From: an uncultured Alphaproteobacteria bacterium
GTDB taxonomy: Bacteria; Pseudomonadota; Alphaproteobacteria; HIMB59; GCA-002718135
Direction: 5' to 3'
Length of the DNA: 64,000 nucleotides
NCBI GenBank assembly: GCA_902571865.1
Contig: CACGDO010000004.1
Coordinates: 20,260-84,259, forward strand
Under the pieces are notes generated by a model. That model searched no databases, was not told the DNA's origin, and was given only the letters and a program-made list of their open reading frames with translations. Shown piece after piece: positions 59,120 through 64,000 of the stretch (the first letter of the stretch is position 1; each line of letters opens with the position of its first letter). The translations under genes were made by a program, and so were the position numbers.

Positions 59120-60399
59120 TGGATTTAAGTGAAATTCAAAATACTATTTTAGATAGGCGTACCAAAGGTATTCCAGGTTCAAGTGAACCATTTCCACTAA
59201 AAGAATTAAAAAATAAAAAATGGAATATTTTGAAGGAAGATATGCCTATGCCGTTAATGGTATTAAAACAAAAAAATTATCTTCATAACTTGAAAACTTT
59301 CTCTAATTATTTAGAAAAACACAATTTAGATATTGCTCCTCATGGTAAAACTACCATGGCCCCTCAGATTTTTTCTGAGCAGATAAAACATGGTGCATGG
59401 GGCATTACAGCTGGTGCTATTAATCAAATTCAAGTTATGTTTGATTTTGGTATAAAAAAAGTTTTACTTGCTAATCAACTTTTAGGTAAATCACATTTAG
59501 AAACAATAGCATCATATATTAATCAAAATAAAAATTTTTCTTTCTATTGTTTTGTTGATTCTATTGAGCAGTTTTTAAATATAAAAAAAAATCTTGGTGA
59601 TCAAAATTTAACCAACCCAATAAATTTATTGCCCGAAGTAGGTGCGGAAAATGGACGGACCGGTATACGTAAAAAAGAAGATTTTTTAAAACTTGTTAAT
59701 ATAATTGGAGAAGATTCATCAAAGAATTTTACTTTCGCAGGTATTTCTTCATACGAGGGTATAGCAGCTGTAGCAATGAAAGGATCAGATGCTGTGCATG
59801 ATTTTTGTTCAAAGATTGAAGATATTATTAATGATATTCCTTCAAATTATTACTCTCATCTAAATGAATTATTAATTACTGCTGGTGGATCAACTCATTT
59901 TGATATTGTGGGGGAAAGATTTTCAAAAATTAAACTCAGTGTTCCAATTAAAGTACTATTACGCAGCGGATGTTATATTACACATGATCATGGACCTTAT
60001 TTGGATGCACTTGAGACAGCTAAAAGTGATTCCAATAGACAATGGGATCAATCTCTGCAACCAGCTCTTGAAATTTGGTCCTATGTACAATCCATTCCTG
60101 AAAATAATCTTGCTTTTCTAACTATGGGAAAACGAGATGCTCCATATGATTCACGTTTACCAAAACCAATAAAAAGATTTAGACCTGGTGAAGGTTTCTT
60201 AGATATTGGTGAAGCAGAAATATTTAGCACAAATGATCAGCATGCCTTTGTTAAACTTGCTGATAATCATGAATGGCAGGTAGGGGATATGATTTGTTCT
60301 GGTATTTCACATCCATGCACAGCATTTGATAAATGGAAGTTTATTCCAGTTGTTGATGATGACTATAATGTTCTTGATGGAATATTAACTTATTTTTAA
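59119..60399 (+). CDS. PLP fold-type III D-amino acid deaminase/dehydratase (cryptic D-serine dehydratase family)
   Basis: APHGKTTMAPQ (PLP lysine), GAWGIT, GRTG.R, YEG, LRSGCY..HDHG, NDQH, SHPCTAFDKW. Confidence 0.85.
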   Translation: MDLSEIQNTILDRRTKGIPGSSEPFPLKELKNKKWNILKEDMPMPLMVLKQKNYLHNLKTFSNYLEKHNLDIAPHGKTTMAPQIFSEQIKHGAWGITAGAINQIQVMFDFGIKKVLLANQLLGKSHLETIASYINQNKNFSFYCFVDSIEQFLNIKKNLGDQNLTNPINLLPEVGAENGRTGIRKKEDFLKLVNIIGEDSSKNFTFAGISSYEGIAAVAMKGSDAVHDFCSKIEDIINDIPSNYYSHLNELLITAGGSTHFDIVGERFSKIKLSVPIKVLLRSGCYITHDHGPYLDALETAKSDSNRQWDQSLQPALEIWSYVQSIPENNLAFLTMGKRDAPYDSRLPKPIKRFRPGEGFLDIGEAEIFSTNDQHAFVKLADNHEWQVGDMICSGISHPCTAFDKWKFIPVVDDDYNVLDGILTYF

Positions 60400-60789
60400 T
60401 TATCCTTCTTGTCTGGTATTTGGTGCATAAGCAACACAATCAAGCTCAAATTTTAAGAAAGTAGGCAACACTTTTACAATTGTACTTCTTGTTGGTAGTG
60501 GATTTGTAAAATATTCAGGATAAATTTTATTATATTCTTTTAAATCTTTTTGATCAGCTACGTAACCTTTCACATTAATAACATGATCCAAGGTCAGACC
60601 TGCTTCTTTTAAAATTACTTCTAAATTTTCAATTGAACGTCTCATTTCTTCTTCAAATGTTCCTTCAATGACTGACCCATTTTCTCGATCAACAGATGCT
60701 TGGCCTGAAACATATACAAAATCTCCTGCTTTGATAGCTGGGCTAAAAGGTAAAACTGATTTTGCACCAGTGGTTATTATTTTAATCAT
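60400..60789 (-). CDS. RidA/YjgF family enamine/imine deaminase
   Basis: PFSPA, YVSGQ, P.RST, ELDC; ATG 60789 with AGGAG RBS. Confidence 0.88.
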   Translation of the reverse strand: MIKIITTGAKSVLPFSPAIKAGDFVYVSGQASVDRENGSVIEGTFEEEMRRSIENLEVILKEAGLTLDHVINVKGYVADQKDLKEYNKIYPEYFTNPLPTRSTIVKVLPTFLKFELDCVAYAPNTRQEG

Positions 60790-60811
60790 ATTATCTCCTT
60801 TTTTAAATTTT

Positions 60812-61576
60812 TTATAAAAGTGACTCATCCCAATTTAATTGATTAGCTAAAATTCCACCATCGACGTATAACATTTGTCCTGTAATATATTTTGCATCTT
60901 CAGATGCTAAAAATACAGCTGCTCCACCAATATCCGATGGCTTCCCAATCCTTCCAAGTGGAATTTGTGCACTTATTACTTTTTTATTATTTCCTTTATT
61001 TAGACCTGCACTAGTTAATGGTGTTTCAAGTATGCCTGGACCAATACCATTAACACGAATGTTCTTTGATGCTAAACTTACAGCCATTGATTTAACCATC
61101 ATTAATACTGCTCCTTTGGAAGTATCATACATGACGCTATTTTTTTCAGCTGCTAAGGAGTTAGAGGAACCAATACAAATAATACTACTATTATTTTGAT
61201 CATTTGAAATTTGTTTTACAAATTCTTGAGATGTAAACATATAACCTCTAACATTCAGATTAAATGTTTTATCAAATTTTTCTTCATTTATATTCTCAAA
61301 ATCAGTATCCTGAAACGTGCCTGCATTATTTATAAGAGTATCTATTTTTCCAAGTTTAACTTTTGCTTCTTGAATTAGTTTTTTATTTCCATCAATTGTT
61401 GATAGATCTGATTGTACAAAATAACACTCAGTCAATTTTTTGAGTTTTTCTAAAGCACCATTATCTTTTTCATGAGAATTAATGACAATTTTTGCTCCTT
61501 TTTTAGCAAATGCCTCTGCAATTCCAAATCCTATACCATGCGTAGATCCAGTTATACATACACATTGGTCTTTCAT
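60812..61576 (-). CDS. SDR family oxidoreductase
   Basis: TGSTHGIG, NNAG, YDTSK, YVDGG. Confidence 0.88.
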   Translation of the reverse strand: MKDQCVCITGSTHGIGFGIAEAFAKKGAKIVINSHEKDNGALEKLKKLTECYFVQSDLSTIDGNKKLIQEAKVKLGKIDTLINNAGTFQDTDFENINEEKFDKTFNLNVRGYMFTSQEFVKQISNDQNNSSIICIGSSNSLAAEKNSVMYDTSKGAVLMMVKSMAVSLASKNIRVNGIGPGILETPLTSAGLNKGNNKKVISAQIPLGRIGKPSDIGGAAVFLASEDAKYITGQMLYVDGGILANQLNWDESLL

Positions 61577-61646
61577 CTTATTTTTCCTAGTTCTTGTTTT
61601 TTTTCTATAGTTGTTTTAGGTTTTACCTTAATATTAAATTAAATAT

Positions 61647-62825
61647 ATGCAACACAAACAAAGATTTACAAATGTTACTTTGGTAACTCCATATGGAGAA
61701 GAAGATAAAGATCTTCTCATTGATGGCGATAAAATTGTTGATATTTTAAATTCGAATGAAAATATTTCTGATGACTGGAAAAAAATCGATGGTCAGAATA
61801 ACTTTATCTTTCCTGGAATGATTGATGTTCTGCAACATGGTTTTTTAAATTATTTGTATGGTCATGCGGAAGAAAATTGTACTGTTGATAATTCTAAAAT
61901 ACTACCATCAGTAGGAGTGACAGGTTTTTTACCTTCGACACCATGTCTGCCACCTGAAAAAACTAAAACTTTATTAAACGCATTATCAAATGATATTGAT
62001 AAAGCTAAAGAGGGAGCGCGTGTTTTAGGAATTCATTCAGAGGGACCTTGTTTTGCATTACCTGGGGCTCATGATCCTAAAAATCTTCGAAATCCTTCTG
62101 TATCTTTAGCTGAAGAATTATTAGATGCATGCCAGGGTAAACTAAAAGCTCTGACATTAGCGCCAGAAATGAATGGTTCAGAAGAATTTATAAAGAGACT
62201 TAAAAAAGAAAAAATATCAATTCATTTAGGTCACAGTGGAGCCAATCCAATTGATGTTCCTAAATTTGCAGATTGGGGGGTTGATGCTGTAACACATATG
62301 TATGATGCACTTCCAACTTATCCACCAGATGACACAGGTGTTCATGTATTATCTCTAACTGATGCTTTAATTGCTGAAACACGAATTGCTCTTGGAGTTA
62401 TATGTGATGGTATTCATGTTCACCCTCAATTAGTTGAACTATTATCTCACTTGCCAACTGATAGAGTATTCTTAGAAACAGACTCTGTTAAGGGAGCCGG
62501 TTCTCCAGTTCCTGTTAAGTTTGAATTTTTTCCTGGAAGATGGTGTACAGTAGAAAAAGGGAAAGCTTCTACTTATAATGGCTTATTAGCTGGATCATCA
62601 TTAACTTCTATTGAAGCATTGCAAAATTATTTCAAGTTTTCAAAAAAAACTTTATCCCAAGTTGCTATTGCTGCAAGCTTAGTCCCATCAAGAGTTATTG
62701 GGTTAGATAATATTATGGGAAGTATTGAAAAAAATAAATTAGCTGATTTTATTCTTTTACGAAAAGATAACTTGGAGATTAGTGAAACCTATATTGCAGG
62801 AAAATCTGTATATAAAAGTGAATAA
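61647..62825 (+). CDS. nagA: NagA-like N-acetyl amino-sugar deacetylase (divergent active site)
   Basis: PGMID...HG, GIHSEGP, GAHD, TLAPE, GHS, THMYD, DGIHV, TD, LAGS, ADF. Confidence 0.75.
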   Translation: MQHKQRFTNVTLVTPYGEEDKDLLIDGDKIVDILNSNENISDDWKKIDGQNNFIFPGMIDVLQHGFLNYLYGHAEENCTVDNSKILPSVGVTGFLPSTPCLPPEKTKTLLNALSNDIDKAKEGARVLGIHSEGPCFALPGAHDPKNLRNPSVSLAEELLDACQGKLKALTLAPEMNGSEEFIKRLKKEKISIHLGHSGANPIDVPKFADWGVDAVTHMYDALPTYPPDDTGVHVLSLTDALIAETRIALGVICDGIHVHPQLVELLSHLPTDRVFLETDSVKGAGSPVPVKFEFFPGRWCTVEKGKASTYNGLLAGSSLTSIEALQNYFKFSKKTLSQVAIAASLVPSRVIGLDNIMGSIEKNKLADFILLRKDNLEISETYIAGKSVYKSE

Positions 62826-63282
62826 AAATAATTTAGATCAAAAACTTCGTTACAATGATGGTGGCAATGTTCACATGGATTTTCATGGTGCTACAAATAC
62901 CACAATTAAGTTTATCATTGATAAATATGGTATCGATACCATGAATGATATTTTCAAAAAAGTTGGTAATAATGTTTATAAGAACATCAAAGATCATATT
63001 AAAAAAGGGAATATCGAAATGTTAGCTAAACATTGGCAGCATTTTTTTGATCGGGAAAATGCTGATTATAATATTTCTATTAATGATGAAGAAATTATTT
63101 TAACAGTTAATCGTTGTACAGCATATGAACATGTAAGAAAGTTGGTTGGAAATGTTTCACCTAACTTTTGTGATCAAACTATTAAAACAAATGAAGCACT
63201 GGCTGAAGATACTCCATACGAAATTAAAACTGAAATTTTAGGAGAAGCAGCATGCAGACAAACTATAAGGAAAAGAGCATGA
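62818..63282 (+). CDS. Hypothetical protein, ATC-hydrolase/V4R-like fold
   Basis: GTG start overlapping the nagA stop; L-x-V-x-x-C...FCD...C pattern. Confidence 0.55.
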   Translation: MNKNNLDQKLRYNDGGNVHMDFHGATNTTIKFIIDKYGIDTMNDIFKKVGNNVYKNIKDHIKKGNIEMLAKHWQHFFDRENADYNISINDEEIILTVNRCTAYEHVRKLVGNVSPNFCDQTIKTNEALAEDTPYEIKTEILGEAACRQTIRKRA

Positions 63283-63764
63283 TACCTAGTGATCATTTCA
63301 CCCGTTTCTATAATGAAGTTTTTAAGTTTCTCGAAGATCAAGGAGAAGAGCATCTAGAGGCTTACTGGTTGGAAATCAGTAAAAACCAAGAAAAACATAC
63401 TTTAGAATTATTCAAAGAAAAAGGTTTGAAGGGGATGTATGAATACTGGGACCATATTAGAATTGAAGAAAACTGTGATATGGATTTAAAATTAGATGAC
63501 GAAAAATTAGAATTAAGAATGAATGTTTGTCCAAGTCTTAGTAAAGTTTTGGATAATGATGCAGAGCCTATGAAAAGATACTGCGATCATTGTGCTGGTT
63601 GGATAGGCCCACTTATTGATAAAGTAGATCACCATCTAGTTTATGATGTAATTGATCGTAATAAACCTCAATGCGTAGTGAAAATTTTTAAAGATAAAGA
63701 AAAAGCTATTGAAGAAGAAAAAAATGCCAAACTTTTAATGGGATGGCCTAAGAAAAAAAAATAA
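63279..63764 (+). CDS. Hypothetical protein, ATC-hydrolase/V4R-like fold (paralog-like partner of the upstream gene)
   Basis: ATGA overlap; M-x-x-CPS...YCDHC...C pattern. Confidence 0.6.
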   Translation: MIPSDHFTRFYNEVFKFLEDQGEEHLEAYWLEISKNQEKHTLELFKEKGLKGMYEYWDHIRIEENCDMDLKLDDEKLELRMNVCPSLSKVLDNDAEPMKRYCDHCAGWIGPLIDKVDHHLVYDVIDRNKPQCVVKIFKDKEKAIEEEKNAKLLMGWPKKKK

Positions 63765-63775
63765 AATTTTATTAA

Positions 63776-64000
63776 ATGAAAATAGATTCTTCAGGCATCT
63801 TATGTTCTGCAAAAATTGATTCAAATAAAGCATGCTATACTTTTTCATCATTTGTTTCTCTTAGTAATGGATCTATTCTTGCCACTGCAAGAGGTGGAAA
63901 TAATAAAGATTCTGAATTAGAGGGAATAGAGTTTTTCCGATCAGATGATGAAGGTGAGAAATGGTCAGAACCTTGGGAGCCTTTTAAAAATGTTAAAATA
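63776..64000 (+). CDS. BNR/Asp-box (sialidase-like beta-propeller) protein, N-terminal part only
   Basis: Not in ORF track. Translation MKIDSSG...YTFSSFVSLSNGSILATARGG...FRSDDEGEKWSEP contains an Asp-box S-x-D-x-G-x-x-W. Confidence 0.7.
   Translation, partial: MKIDSSGILCSAKIDSNKACYTFSSFVSLSNGSILATARGGNNKDSELEGIEFFRSDDEGEKWSEPWEPFKNVKI

Noticed and set aside
1281-60121. Many short antisense or overlapping ORFs in the track (e.g. 5127-5459, 17942-18352, 30635-30985, 42684-43022)
   Set aside because: Shadow frames of well-supported genes, without motifs or RBS

Overview
AT-rich, gene-dense chromosomal segment with very short intergenic spacers from an alphaproteobacterium. Gene order (rnhA-thrB-ispH, atpIBEF'F next to smc-dsbA-DUF721-mutY, ccrM-rnhB-moaB-slt-udg-TPR-ispE), a short SMC and a CBS-less IMPDH suggest a streamlined marine Pelagibacterales/HIMB59-like organism (inference). 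Layout: (1) 1-10.3 kb sugar and acid-sugar catabolism plus accessory genes; (2) 10.3-20.5 kb core genes; (3) 20.5-46.8 kb, a ~26 kb block lying between mutY and ccrM, which are normally neighbours. It holds a mosaic purine supercluster (purQL-purMNFDC-purKE-guaB), a phage-like GNAT-fold ORF, a MATE pump and a two-partner secretion operon (tpsA1-tpsA2-tpsB-orphan SBP). The two TpsA proteins carry 6 and 12 FG-GAP-like propeller blades at the same beta-helix position, and the operon is headed by a preQ1-I-like pseudoknot; (4) 46.9-54 kb core genes, with a candidate anti-SD sRNA between rnhB and ccrM; (5) 54-64 kb, an uncharacterised, probably non-phosphorylative amino-sugar-acid catabolic cluster that runs off the window end. 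Three genes (Ldh2-family, dsbA, purL) are split by +1 homopolymer frameshifts, most likely sequencing errors. No rRNA, tRNA, CRISPR, integrase or transposase was seen. All family calls come from motif recognition, not database searches.
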